Source: Eledone cirrhosa
Taxonomy: Eukaryota
Length of the DNA stretch: 64,000 nucleotides
Assembly (NCBI GenBank): GCA_964016885.1
Contig: OZ024742.1
Span: 97,588,001 to 97,652,000 of the forward strand
Reading direction: 5' to 3'
Shown in pieces: positions 12,470-26,790 of the stretch. The notes below the pieces were generated by a model that worked only from the letters and a program-made list of their open reading frames with translations, was not told the origin of the DNA and did not search any database. The position numbers and the translations under genes were made by a program. The first letter of the stretch is position 1, and every line of letters begins with the position of its first letter.

Positions 12470-15112
12470 TCATCATCATCATCATCAGGTTTAGCGTCCG
12501 TGTTCCACGCTTGCATGGGTTTGGACGGGGGTTTTCCCACTTGAGGCAAGAGTGGTTGTCTTGCTCGCATAGGACTGTCTGGCGGGTTTTCTACAGTTGG
12601 ATGCCCTTCCTAACACCAACCACATTTACAGTGTGGGGCTGGGAGGTTTTTACCGTGTTGCCTACACGGCCACATTACAGCGTGGACTGTCTGGCGGGTT
12701 TTCTACAGCTGGATGCCCTTCCTAACACCAACCACATTTACAGTGTGGGGCTGGGAGGTTTTTACCGTGTTGCCTACACGGCCACATTTACAGCGTGGAC
12801 TGTGTGTTTTTTGTCGTGACACCTACACGATCTCATTTGTTTCGGCCTGGATGTTGTGGGACCAACATAACTTTACATTGAAAGGGGCGGTGTGGAGGGA
12901 CGGGGGTGTGTTTTGATAGAGGTGCCTACTGACTGTAGTAGGTTTTTACTTTGTATTTAGGTAAGGCGGGTCTTCTCTATTACTGAGTACCGCCAAAGGT
13001 CTCGGTCCAGTGACATTGTCTTGGAGAGGTGTAAGCGTGTGAGGTCGGAATTTATCAGCTCGTCCCATGTTTTTCTGGGTCTGCCTACTCCGTGGCTACC
13101 GTCTATCTTTATTGCCCTGCACTTTGTTATACAGCTGTCGTCTTTCATGCGCATCACGTGACCGTACCAACGTAGCCTTCTCTCGAGTAAACAACATCTG
13201 ATCCCTCTTATTTCTAATTTTTTCCTTAGTTCGTTTATGCTTTGCCGTTCACGTATATTACTATTGCACATCCAGCGGAGCATGCAAGCTTCGTTCCTCT
13301 CTAGTCTGCGTATATCCTCTGCACACAATGCCCAGGTCTCACTGCCATGCAGCATTGCTGTTCGTATGCAGGCATCGTATAACCTGCCTTTCATTTTTAA
13401 GGAGAACCCTCTAGCGGCTAATAGTGGTATAAGCTCTCTGAACTTTTTCCATCCAGTTCTGACTCTAGCTACTGTACTTTCAGAGCACCCTCCCCCACTG
13501 CTGATTTTGTCACCCAGATAACGGAAGCTGTCCACTATTTCTATAGAACCCTCTGCGCAGTTGAAGGAGCTAGTATTTTGTGGGCACTTGCTGCTACTTA
13601 TTGCACCAGAGCACCGGCCACATGTAAAATCTATGTTCTTAGTTAGCTTACCTGTGATCCCACTACATCTTTTATGCACCCATACTTTGCATTTGGGACA
13701 TAAAATGGAGTTTCTACCTACGCCTTTCCTACACACTGAGCATGGCCATTTCCCCGATGGGACCTCCGCCTTATTTTCTTTCCTACAAACTAGAACTTTA
13801 GTCTTAGCCAGGTTAATTTTAAGGCCTTTTGATTCTAGGCCGTGCTTCCACGTTTGGAATTTCTTCTCTAGTTCGGTCATTGATTCAGCTATGAGCGTTA
13901 GATCATCTGCGTATAGGAGTTCCCATGGGCAGCCGGTCTTGAACTCCTCTGTTATAGCCTGAAGGGCAATAATAAATAGTAGGGGGCTAAGTACAGAGCC
14001 CTGATGGACACCAACTTTTACGCTAAACTCTTCACTATATTCGTTGTTAATTCTAACCTTACTGACTGTTTCTTTATACATGGCTTGTATAGCTCTCACA
14101 AGCCATTCGTCAACACCTAGTTTTCTAAGAGACCACCAGATAATGGAACGGGGGACTCTGTCGAAGGCTTTCTCCAAGTCGACAAAAGCTAAGTATAGGG
14201 GTTTACTTTTAGCTAGGTACTTCTCCTGTAGTTGTCGTACAATGAAAAGAGCGTCTGTGGTACTTTTGCCTGACACAAACCCGAACTGCATTTCATCTAG
14301 ATCAATTCTCTCTCTGATTAGTTGCGCTATTACTTTTTCCGTGACCTTCATGACCTGGTCGATTAATTTAATGCCTCTATAGTTACTCCTATCTAGGGCA
14401 TCTCCTTTTCCCTTATAGCAGTTAACGATGATGCTGCTACGCCATTCCTTCGGAACAACCCCATTCTGTACGACTTGGTTAACTATCCGGGTGACCATGG
14501 TGTGTCCCACCGAACCAGATGCCTTCAGCATCTCAGCAACTATTTCCGAAGGCCCAGCCGCCTTACCCGTCTTCATATCTTTGATTGCCTTACTTATTAT
14601 ACTACCTTCAACTAACACTGCTGGTCCCTCTATTGGATCGATCTGGGGGAGACTGTCTTTCTCCCATTTGTTCTCCTCATTTAGAAGCCTTTCGTAGTGA
14701 CACTTCCAAGCTACCTTCTTATCAGCGTCGGTGATGGCAAGTATGCCATCATCGTTAAGTACACACTTCTCCCCGACAATATCACGGTTTTCCTTGACAC
14801 ATTGCCTGGCAATCCTGAACACCTCACGTTTTTGGTCCTCACGTTGTAGAACATGCTTGAACTTTCTTTCCTCTGCTTCCCTTCTTGCGAAGTACACTTG
14901 TCTCCTAGCTTCCCTCCTGGCCACTTGATAGTCTTCTCTACTTCCCCCATCCCGCCATACTTTCCAAGCCTGCTTTTTGGCCTTAATTGACTCCTCCACC
15001 TTACTGTTCCACCACCATGTTACTCTCCTCCTACCTACAGGCCTGCTCCAGCCACAGACTTCGTCTGCCGCCGTCAGCAGGTTTGCTCTCAGGAATTCCC
15101 ACTGTTCCTCTA
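12467..15112 (-). mobile_element. 5'-truncated RTE LINE, young copy
   Basis: Contains the open RT ORF 12957-14999. The 3' UTR has an internal duplication of about 110 bp and ends in a (GAT)n tail. Confidence 0.92.
12957..14999 (-). CDS. RTE reverse transcriptase (partial ORF) with internal C4HC3 PHD-like finger
   Basis: NYRGIKL, QFGF, FVDLEKAFDRV, GVHQGSVLSP, YADD, FRYLG, GSETW, GRPRKTW; CSVC-x10-CPKC-x4-HKRC-x14-CGRC. Confidence 0.9.
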   Translation of the reverse strand: MEESIKAKKQAWKVWRDGGSREDYQVARREARRQVYFARREAEERKFKHVLQREDQKREVFRIARQCVKENRDIVGEKCVLNDDGILAITDADKKVAWKCHYERLLNEENKWEKDSLPQIDPIEGPAVLVEGSIISKAIKDMKTGKAAGPSEIVAEMLKASGSVGHTMVTRIVNQVVQNGVVPKEWRSSIIVNCYKGKGDALDRSNYRGIKLIDQVMKVTEKVIAQLIRERIDLDEMQFGFVSGKSTTDALFIVRQLQEKYLAKSKPLYLAFVDLEKAFDRVPRSIIWWSLRKLGVDEWLVRAIQAMYKETVSKVRINNEYSEEFSVKVGVHQGSVLSPLLFIIALQAITEEFKTGCPWELLYADDLTLIAESMTELEKKFQTWKHGLESKGLKINLAKTKVLVCRKENKAEVPSGKWPCSVCRKGVGRNSILCPKCKVWVHKRCSGITGKLTKNIDFTCGRCSGAISSSKCPQNTSSFNCAEGSIEIVDSFRYLGDKISSGGGCSESTVARVRTGWKKFRELIPLLAARGFSLKMKGRLYDACIRTAMLHGSETWALCAEDIRRLERNEACMLRWMCNSNIRERQSINELRKKLEIRGIRCCLLERRLRWYGHVMRMKDDSCITKCRAIKIDGSHGVGRPRKTWDELINSDLTRLHLSKTMSLDRDLWRYSVIEKTRLT

Positions 15113-15136
15113 TATTATACGACTCTAATTGCTATG

Positions 15137-15191
<55 letters not shown>

Positions 15192-15194
15192 GTA

Positions 15195-16780
<1,586 letters not shown>

Positions 16781-19700
16781 AAGGTGAAATTAGGACTCAA
16801 CGAAACTGGTCAAAGATGGAACTAGCGGTTTTGATCAAGGGGTGGACCATGGCGGAGAACCTGAAGAGCCATGGGTTTCTGAGGACCCTGGCACAGATAG
16901 AAAGAGAAAAGAAATTGGGAAGGCGTATGTCCTCATTGCGCCACATATGGCGATGCTAAGCTGTGTCTTCAGGGAGGAGAAAACCGAAGAGAGGGATGAG
17001 GAGAAAGAGAAGGAAAAAGAAAAGGAGGAGAGCACAAGCACGGACCTGAAAGAAAATGATATACCCTCCGCCACAGCCAGGGAGGGCAGGCCGGGCAACC
17101 AACAAGCAAAGGGCAAAGGTGAAAAGCGAAATCACCTTCCGAAGGAAAACCAAGCGCAGAGGGACCAGTGGACAACTGTTCAAAGGAAGAACAGAAAGCA
17201 TGAGACACTGGGAGCAAAAAAACCCAAGTAATGTGCAAGTTTTTCAGGAACGGGACATGCTGGCATGGAGAGACTGGGATGGGATGCAGATTCGCCCACC
17301 CTAGGTCTCAAACGAACTATGCCCATCATACTCACGCAACATGCCCCAGCCAAAGCCGAAATAAGCCGCTCCAGAAGTATGCTGATGTTGCGCGTGCCGC
17401 ACTAACAAGGAGAAGGCACGCACATGCCGACGAGATACAGATGACAGCAGCAGAGCAGAGAAGATGGCAGAGAAGATTGTGGGACAGCTGACCTGGCTCC
17501 AGAGCCAGGGTCATCCACACCAGCACTCGAGACCACCAGAGTTAAGGGACCCAGTGTGGCCGCCGCTGACACCAGACCAGGTGTCATACCGACAGCCATT
17601 ACTCACACCCCAAAAGTCACACCAGTGCTGCTGCTGAATGTCAGAGGCCTGGTGAAACTCAGTAACATGAGTAAAATTTCCTACCTGGGAGACTTAGCCA
17701 TAAGCAATCAAGCACTATGCATGGCACTAACCGAAACGCACCTGACAAGCAGTATAGCAGATGCAGAAATACATATACCGAAATATACTGTATTTCGTTC
17801 AGACAGGACTCATGGTGGGGTTGCTCTGTATATCCGTGAAGATGTCACACCAATTGTACTGTTGACACATTCAAACTCAGTCTGTGACACACTGATAATA
17901 CATATGGAGCAACTACAGACAGTAATATGTGCCACATATCGGCCGCCCGATGCCCCCAGTCATGAGGGTAAATTTGAGGATAGCCTAAGTAGGATAGAAG
18001 AGGTCCTTGACAAACTAGACCTGGGTCTCAACATCCTACTGCTGGGACACTTCAACCTACCAAAGGTCAAATAGCCTGAGGGCCACCTCCTCCCTGGAAT
18101 GACGTCAATAGAACAGAGACAGACGGAATCCCTGCTGGCCCTCACACACAGGCTGTTCATGGAGCAAGCAATAGTCCTCCCAACAAGAGGCAAAAATGTC
18201 CTGGACCTCTGTTTTACAAACAACGAAGTGCTCATCCACAATGTAAAGGTGACACCAACAATTCTCTCGGATCATAACTTAGTATAGCTAATGATATGTG
18301 GTCCAAGAGAACCAACAGAGACAAAACCACCAAGAAGCTCCGGGACGCTTTCCAGCCTTAACTTCTACAAGGCTAACTGGAAAAAGATTAAGAGAGAAAT
18401 CCGGAAGCAAACATGGAGTGAAAACACCGCCACAAAAGACACTAACATACAATTTCAACACTTCATGACAATGATACACACTATATGCAAAAAGTTTGTC
18501 CCGGAGAAAGAGGCAAACAGACACAAAAATCTTATTCCCAGAGATAGGAAAATCCTTATGAGACGTAGAACTAAACTCTCAAACCAGTTGAATAGTCAAC
18601 AAAACAAAAACAAGAAGGAATCCTATTTGAAACGTGCAGTACTTGACACCAAGATTGCACTCAAACTTTCCCATGAGAATGAGAGAGCAAAGAAAGAGAA
18701 CAGGGCCATAGAAAACATTAAAACAAACCCTAAGGCCTTCTTTAAATTTACAAAAGAAACTGCCTCATTGCACTGCAAGATTGGGCCACTCTTCCATACG
18801 GACGGTTCATTAACCGAAAACCCCCAAGAGATATGTGAAATACTGAAAGAACAGTACAAAAGTGTGTTCACATGTCCACTGAGGCACATGCAAATAACGA
18901 AGCCAGAGGAGTTCTTTGATACCACAACACTACATCAAGAAATGGCAACCATCAACCACATAGACATAACAGAGGAGGATGTGGTGTACGCCATTGATGA
19001 AATTAGAACAGACTCGGCTGCTGGACCTGCAGTTCTCTTAAAAATATGTAAGCGGGCCTTAGCAACTCCACTGAAGATGCTCTTCAGAAGCTCCTTGGCT
19101 AGTGGTGTACTACCCAAGGAGCTGAAAGAAGGCACAATATGCCCTATCCATAAAGGAGGTAGCAGAGCGGAAGCCAAAAACTATAGGCCAGTCTCCCTGA
19201 CGTCGCATATCAGTAAGGTCATGGAGCGAGTCGTCAGAAAGAAACTGATCCCTTTCCTCGAGGAAAATGACCGCCTGACTAGCACGCAACATGGCTTCCG
19301 CCCAGGAAGAAGCTCCCTTACACAGCTGCTACATCACTACAACTGGGTACTGAGATAACTACTAGACAGCTCACATGTGGACGTGATATATCTTGACTTT
19401 GCGAAGGCCTTTGACAAGGGCGACCACCGAATGATATGTCACAAACTACATGGACTCGGCATAACTGGAAAAGTAGGTGAGTGGCTGCATGGCTTCCTAA
19501 GGGACAGAAGCCAGGCAGTCGCAGCAAATGGGGCCTTCTCGAGGGAAACACCAATAACAAGTGGGTGCCCCAGGGGACAGTCCTGGGACCACTACTGTTT
19601 TTGGTAGCTCTCTCAGACATGCCCTCTGTAGTGCATACAACAACATCCCCCACTAGCTATGCTGATGACACTAAGGTAGCACAGGCAATCAAAAACCCGG

Positions 19701-20655
19701 CTGACGCTGCCCTTTTACAGCAGGATCTGGATGACATATACAAATGGGCGGAAGAAAACAACATGCAGTTTAATGCTGGCAAATTCCAAGCCCTACAATA
19801 CAAACCTCCAAACAAACCTGCAAACACAAATATAGTGGAACACAACTACACAGGACCAGGAGGGACCAATATCCCTGTGTCAAAATCGATACGAGACCTG
19901 GGCATAGACATGAGCGATGATGCATCTTTTTCTTCACACATCATGAAAGTGGCGACAATGTGCAGACGACTCGCTGGCTGGATCTTGAGGACTTTCCGGA
20001 CAAGAGATCGAGACACCATGTTGACACTATGGAGGACATTTGTCCTAAGCCACCTGGACTACTGCTCCCAATTGTGGTCACCCGATAGTGTCAAACTAAC
20101 CACGGAGCTTGAGGCAATCCAGCGAAGCTACACCAAGGGGATTGCCATGATGAGGGAGACAAGCTACTGGGAGAGGCTAAAGGAACTGAACCTCTACTCC
20201 TTAGAGCGAAGACGGGAGAGATACGCAGTGATCTACATGTGGAAAATCCTGGAGGGACTAGCACCAAACTTTGGCATTGGGAGCTGGACCAACCGTCAAA
20301 CAGGACGTCACTGTGTGGTGCCAAAGGTCCCGTCTCCCACATCTAGAATAAGGAGCAGGTATTGCAATAGCCTGGGATTCAAGGGCCCTCAACTCTTCAA
20401 CAGGCTGCCGAGGGATCTGAGAGACTTGCATGACGTGGAGGTGGATGTCTTCAAGAAACATCTCAACACCTTGTTATCCAGGATCCCGGATGAGCCCACA
20501 GCAAGACACGAGGGAAACCTAAGGGCAGCAGCAATAAACTCCCTCTTACACCAGTGGCCAACCTATACAGGCTGGAAATAAAATGTGTAGCAACAAGGGC
20601 GGTGCCCCAGCATGGCCTCAGCCGGATGGCTGAAACAGGTAAAAGAGTAAAAGAG
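16781..20655 (+). mobile_element. Near-full-length CR1-group LINE, degenerate: CCCH finger, APE endonuclease and RT
   Basis: CKFFRNGTCWHGETGMGCRFAHP, LLNVRGL/LTETHL/YRPP/SDH, NYRPVSLTS, QHGFRPGRS, YLDFAKAFD, PQGTVLGP, YADDTK, LYSLERRR; several stops and frameshifts; tail gtaaaagagtaaaagag. Confidence 0.88.
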
Positions 20656-20806
<151 letters not shown>

Positions 20807-20894
20807 ATATATACATATATATATACATATATATATACATATATATATATATACATATATATATACATATATATATATATACATATATATATAC

Positions 20895-20945
<51 letters not shown>

Positions 20946-20972
20946 CATATATATATATACATATATATATAT

Positions 20973-22562
20973 CCAGATCTGTCAACCGCTCTCACCACAC
21001 TTCTGATCTTCTCTATCAGTGCCTCCTCTCTGACCTCAGTGTAAGCGGTACAGAGCTCTTCCCTCATCACCTCCACAGTCCCCATCCTCTCCTCTGTAGG
21101 ATCAGCATAGAATTGGTCCTTGGCAGCTTCCAGGTGTTCTCTGGCTGCACACACTTTTGGGTTTGCAGAGCTGACGTGCTACCCTTTGTTCTTTTTCCTC
21201 GGCACCAGTGTTTCACTTGCTTCTGCCACTGCATTGGTGAAGTGCCCGTACCTCCTCGTCATACTCTCCTCAGTCCATCCAATCTCTCCCTCCTCTGACT
21301 CTCCACACAGAGCACTAAACCTGTTTCTCACCTCCACTGTGAACCTGTCCTGTAGCTTATCATCTTCCTTGAAAGCTGCCCAGTCATAGATTACTCTCCG
21401 GGGCCGAGCCTTGCTCTTTCTTAAGCTCACCCGGACCTCACTCATAACAAGCCAGTGGTCACTACCCAGTGTACTGAAATAGTTGTATGGCTCTGTGTTC
21501 AGAACACTATTCCACCACTTTTTCCTCGCCAGAATGAAATCAATCTGGGACTTGGACAGGTGCACATCTGAGATGTAGGTCCACAACTTCCCCAGATTCT
21601 TCCTAAACCTTAGGTTGGTCGCCATCAAGTTCGCCTCCAGCAGGGTGTCTCTCAGTAGTCTTCCATTTCGGTTGGTGTTGTTATGGAAGTACCAGCAAGG
21701 ATCTTCACTGCCCTCCTTACTCAGATGTGCATTGAAGTCCCCCAAAACAAGTAGGATATTTTGTGCCTGAGTGGTGTTGACAGCTCTACACACCTCCTCA
21801 TGGAACTCTTCCGCACTCACATCACTGTCCCCCTTGGTTGGACTATAGGCTGAGATGACTGTCAGTCTTGGGTTTCCATTGAAGGTCACCCTCAACACTT
21901 CCGGGGAGATAGGCATTATTTCCCTCACCAACAGATTGGTTTTTGCACGGAACACAAAACCCACTCCTCCCACTGCAGAATTTTTTGTGTTCTTCACTGC
22001 CGATGTAGTGATGAGCTGGCTCCTCTTTCCTATCATCACACTCCTCACGGGCTCATCGTGTAGGATCCTGTGTTCTTGGATCGCAAGTATCTGTATACCA
22101 CTCTCCTCGAACAGATGTCCCAACTCCTCTCTCTTCTCCAGCGTCCGAATAGTCCTCACATTCAAAGTGCCCATTTTGATGGCTCTTCTGCAGGACAAAA
22201 CTGCATTCTTTATATTTGTCTCAGAGACAGCCAATCCATCATCCACTGGCCCTCTCTGTGGCTCTTAGCCAGCAGAGTCATAACGACCAGGCTGCTCCTT
22301 GACAGTGTAATTAGGGGCGCTAACCCTAGTGCTGTTAGATCGACTCTCCATATTTCTTTTCAATGGCTGACAATACCTTACCGGCGCCACTCGAATAACG
22401 TAGTTATTTAACCCATAAATGGAGCCCTAACAGGTACTACCACCCCAGGCCAGGGCAGACCTGGGAGTCATGACAACTAAGGGGTAACTCCACATTCCCC
22501 ACAACTCCTGAACTCCCGAACTGGAGCCTTGCCACTGGATGTAGTTTAATGTCATACCCAGG
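20973..22562 (-). mobile_element. 5' half of an RTE-clade LINE (5' UTR and APE endonuclease)
   Basis: ORF 21179-22246: GTLNVRT, IQEHR, GGVGF, SAYSPT, LGDFNA, SQIDFIL, GSDH. Confidence 0.88.
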
Positions 22563-22565
22563 ACA

Positions 22566-22963
22566 TATCTGAGACTTGGACACTGACCAAGAAACTCACT
22601 CAGATGGTGGATGGGTGCTACACGAGAATGCTGAGGATGGCTCTGAACATTAATCAGTATACACTGAAGATGAAAAACTCAGAGCTGTATGGGAGCATCC
22701 CAAAAGTCAGCTCAAAAGTGACACAGAGGTGACTGAGGTTAGCTGGACATGCTCACCGACATCCAGAGTTGACATTGCACTCAGTGCTCCTTTGGGAGCC
22801 CCTACATGGACACACTAGAAGAGGAAGACCAAGGTTAACGTATGTTGATGCCCTAAGGACGGACACTGGTCTCTTGGAGACGCAGGCCATGGCAGCGATA
22901 ATGAGGGACAGAGACCGCTGGAGAGAACTCGTCCAGGGATCTTGGGAATTTTACCCGCCTTAG
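22566..22963 (+). mobile_element. 3' end of an RTE-clade RT, inverted relative to the adjacent 5' half
   Basis: ETWTLTKK...DGCYTRMLR...LAGHA.RHPE...LWEP.HG..RRGRP..TYVD...M.DR..WR. Confidence 0.85.
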
Positions 22964-22977
22964 ATATATATATATAC

Positions 22978-23017
<40 letters not shown>

Positions 23018-23384
23018 TTCGACCTTACCCAACTACACCTCTCAAAGACAATGACACACGACCGTGACTTCTGGCGTCACGCAGTAATACAGGGTACCCG
23101 ACCTCCCATGGGTACATGCTGAAGCATATAAACAATATGCCCCCACTCCCCCCACCATTGCGAAACTTATTTGGGTTTCGAGGTTCAAATTCGTCTACAG
23201 AACAGGTTTGAATTTTGAAATTTAAATATGTCCAGGAATCATGGCCGTTGCCAATATAAGCTTGTCTTTATTGACTTGTATCGAGACAGACAAATTGTAT
23301 TCACTTTTATTAGTTTATTTCATTAATGGCTAACTTTGTCTGTTGCAATGTAAACACATTTCGTGTTTATCATATACTTTAAAT

Positions 23385-23417
23385 GTATATATATATATAT
23401 ATATATATATAGATGTA

Positions 23418-23449
<32 letters not shown>

Positions 23450-23455
23450 GATGTA

Positions 23456-23505
<50 letters not shown>

Positions 23506-23615
23506 TGTATATTTATATATATATATATATATATATAGATGTATATTTATATATATATGTATATTTATATATATATATATAAATATACATCTATATATAT
23601 ATATATATAGATGTA

Positions 23616-23647
<32 letters not shown>

Positions 23648-23653
23648 GATGTA

Positions 23654-23689
<36 letters not shown>

Positions 23690-23880
23690 TGTATATTTAT
23701 ATATATATATATATATATAGATGTATATTTATATATATATGTATATTTATATATATATATATAAATATACATCTATATATATATATATATAGATGTATAT
23801 TTATATATATATATATATAGATGTATATTTATATATATATATAGATGTATATTTATATATATATATATATGTATATTTAT
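23385..23880. repeat. Compound TA array with repeated unit tagatgtatattt
   Basis: The unit recurs about 10 times, with two inverted copies (aaatatacatcta) near 23581 and 23763. Confidence 0.85.
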
Positions 23881-24085
23881 ATATTGTTATACTTTGGGTG
23901 GGTCATGTTGCCAATAAGAAACACATGCACCAGTTGCTTTCACTTCAATTTATTATAATAAATTGAAGTGAAAGCAACTGGTGCGTGTGTTTCTTATTGG
24001 CAACATGACCCTCCCAAAGTATAACAATATCGGTTTCAACACACGTTTTCAGATAAAGAATCTTGCTAAACAAATTCAGAAACGA
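23881..24085. mobile_element. Short palindromic family-A element without hammerhead (inverted repeat 23881-24030 plus tail)
   Basis: 75-bp arms centred on ttattataataa; sequence matches 218-300 and 640-759. Confidence 0.8.
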
Positions 24086-24091
24086 TATATT

Positions 24092-24123
<32 letters not shown>

Positions 24124-24139
24124 AGTATATAGATATAAA

Positions 24140-24541
24140 TGCCGACCTTACCCAATTACACCTCTCAAAGGGGATGACACACGACCGTAACCTCTGGCGT
24201 CACGCAGTAATACAGAGTACCCGACCTCCCATGGGTACAAGCTGAAGCATATAAACAATATGTCCCCACACCCCCCACTGCAAGGTGGCCGTGGAGGTGC
24301 CACGGCAAAAAAGCACCCAGCCCACACTGTAAAGTGGACGTGTAGGCGCCACGAAAAAGCACCCAGCACTCACTGTAAATGAGGTTGGTGTTTGGAAGGG
24401 CATCCAACTGTAGAAATCAGGCCAAATCAGTTCCTGTATGAGCAAGGCATGGTCAGCCGACCAGACACTGCCCACAACAGGACAACCCGCCTAACCTATG
24501 CTAGCGTGGAAGAACGTACGTAAAACGGTGATGATAATGAT
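24140..24541 (+). mobile_element. RTE 3' end and 3' UTR (shorter piece at 23018-23155)
   Basis: Reverse complement of 29581-30000. Confidence 0.8.
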
Positions 24542-25129
24542 ATATTCATTTTATTAAGGCTAAATAGTAAGTCTTGTTTCCCTAGATTTTTTTCCCAAAA
24601 AATGTATACTTTAACAGCATTCTAATAAATATATGTATACATATTTTTTGGGGCTCCTGTATATATCATTATCATCATCATCGTCATTGTTTTTACATGT
24701 ATTTTCCCATGCTTCTGTAGGTTAGATGAGTCCTCTGCAATACAGCATCACTCCAGTTAAACATTTTTTTTTTCATCTTCCTTTTGAGATTCTGTTGAAA
24801 CCAGCTCTTGCCACTTGTCCCTCCACATCTTTCTTGGTCTTCCTTCTCCCCAGATTTCTTTAACTTGAAATGTTTGACCCTACTTCATAAAAAAATCATC
24901 ATCCCTATGCTTAACATATTGATACTAGCACAATTTTCGTTTTTGATTCCTCTTGTAACTAGTTTCTCTCACAGCTCATCTATGCTTAGTATTTCATGCA
25001 CACTAAAATTACACATCCACAAAACATGTTCAATATGTTCCTTTGTAGCTTTGTATGTCCACTGGATTCACTGCCCATGCTTCACTGACATTCAACTGCA
25101 CACTTCCTGTGAAAACTTAAGAGAGATAA

Positions 25130-25930
25130 CAGCTAAATATCTAGTTACGTCTTAAGCCTACATCACCTAAAAGGACTGCAAGGACAACATTTCAGTTAAT
25201 CCTATATGGGAACTAATTAATCCTACGAAGATTGAATTAGATAAAATTAGGAAATTTATTTTAATTTCTATTAATTCAGAAATTTACAAGTGACCAGTTT
25301 AGTTTTATGGGCCAATAGGACATTGGTAATCATGTTATTAAATAGCAGAGACAATAAACATAATTGCAAATTCATGTAAGTTGATATAATGGAGTTGTAT
25401 TGCTTTAAAAGCTTTAATGCCTGGTCTTTCATTCTCTGATTTTAATGATATTGATATTAATGCTATAATGAATGCACAAACGTCATTATTTTTCCATGAC
25501 AATTCCTTTTGGGTTAAGTGCAATGGCAATGAGCTTTTCCATATAACTGTACATAATCATAAAGGATCTGTGGATTTTAGTTAGTAGAGCTTTATTGAGC
25601 CTTGCTTAAAACATTCCCACTTAGATTTAGGCCCATATAAAGATGAAGGTCTAATAATGTACCTCGCTAATTATCCTACACTAAATGAATGGAAAAACAA
25701 CTCTTAGAGAATTAGGTTCTAAATGAAAATCAAAACTAATATTAAGATATTCAATTTCCTGGACATCAATTTAAAGCTAAATACAGGGAAATGAATACAG
25801 AAAACGCAACAAAATGCTTCTGTATGAAAATAAACTAACCCTACCAAACAAAATCATAAAATTCTAGTCAACAACATTAATAAACAGATTTCCAACATTT
25901 CATTCATTGAGCAATTGTATAACAATGCTT
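25130..25930 (+). pseudogene. Degenerate PLE reverse transcriptase
   Basis: Frame fragments LINPTK.E, FH....WVK, Y.DEGL, FNFLDINLKLNTG and LVNNINKQISN. Confidence 0.65.
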
Positions 25931-25959
25931 TATTATTATTATTATTAGTATTATTATAG

Positions 25960-26790
25960 ACTGGTTTGTCTTCAAGCATTCACAGCCCTCAGCCAATCGG
26001 ACAGTACGATCAGTGGAAACTCCACCTTAGTGTTCTATAAAGAGTTAGTGGCGGGTAAGAGCAATGGTGTCCTTGGGGAGACACTGGGTGTTCAAGAAAA
26101 TCAACTAGCTACTATTTTCCAGAAGATTTTCAGACCAGGACCCATGGATAATTTCCAGAAATCCCTGGTGTGATAGTATTACTGAGGAACTTTGCCAGTT
26201 TGAGATATACTCTACAGGCATGGAAATGCAATCAGTCGGGCCTGTTCAAGATGCACGCAAGGCAACAAAATCATCTTGGATTCACAGGTTTTATCTGCCT
26301 GGTGGCCATGGCAAAAGAGGCCATGTCATGGATGGGTTTGGAATGCTTGAAGACAGCCATTTTCCTCTTCAGTGAAGCCCTGATTAACTTTTTCAGGTTT
26401 CATTTGAAGAGGTAATGAGGATGGAGAGGGAAGTGCTACCTTCCAACCAGTTTGTTGAAAGGTGGGTGAAAGTGGTCAGCATGGTCTGTGTGAATGGGCC
26501 TAACTTGAGCATACACCTGTAGATTGGAGTAGAAAAACTGGCAGAGGGCACTTTGCCCTAGTGAACAGGGTGACTGTGGCTTTTGTGCAATTTCTACATG
26601 AGTGACCCTTAGAGTTTTCTCACCTTTGGGGAATTTGTTATGTTTGTTTTAAATGTTTATTTTCTTAGTCTTTGTTATAAATTTTATTTTACACAAAAAA
26701 ACACACACTGTATCACCCTGTACCGTCTTTGATGTTTCCTTAATGTGAGCCCTGTGTGTCTATTAAGGAAATTATTATTATTATTATTAT
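25960..26790 (+). mobile_element. 3' end of a Tx1/L1-like LINE
   Basis: ORF 26170-26415 (CLVAMAKEA...LINFFRFHLKR), then ERE...FVERW, a 3' UTR and a (TTA)n tail. Confidence 0.55.

Noticed and set aside
16860-16905. ctgaaga-gcca...tggc hairpin at the LINE 5' end
   Set aside because: GAAA is not adjacent to the stem, and stems I and III are absent.
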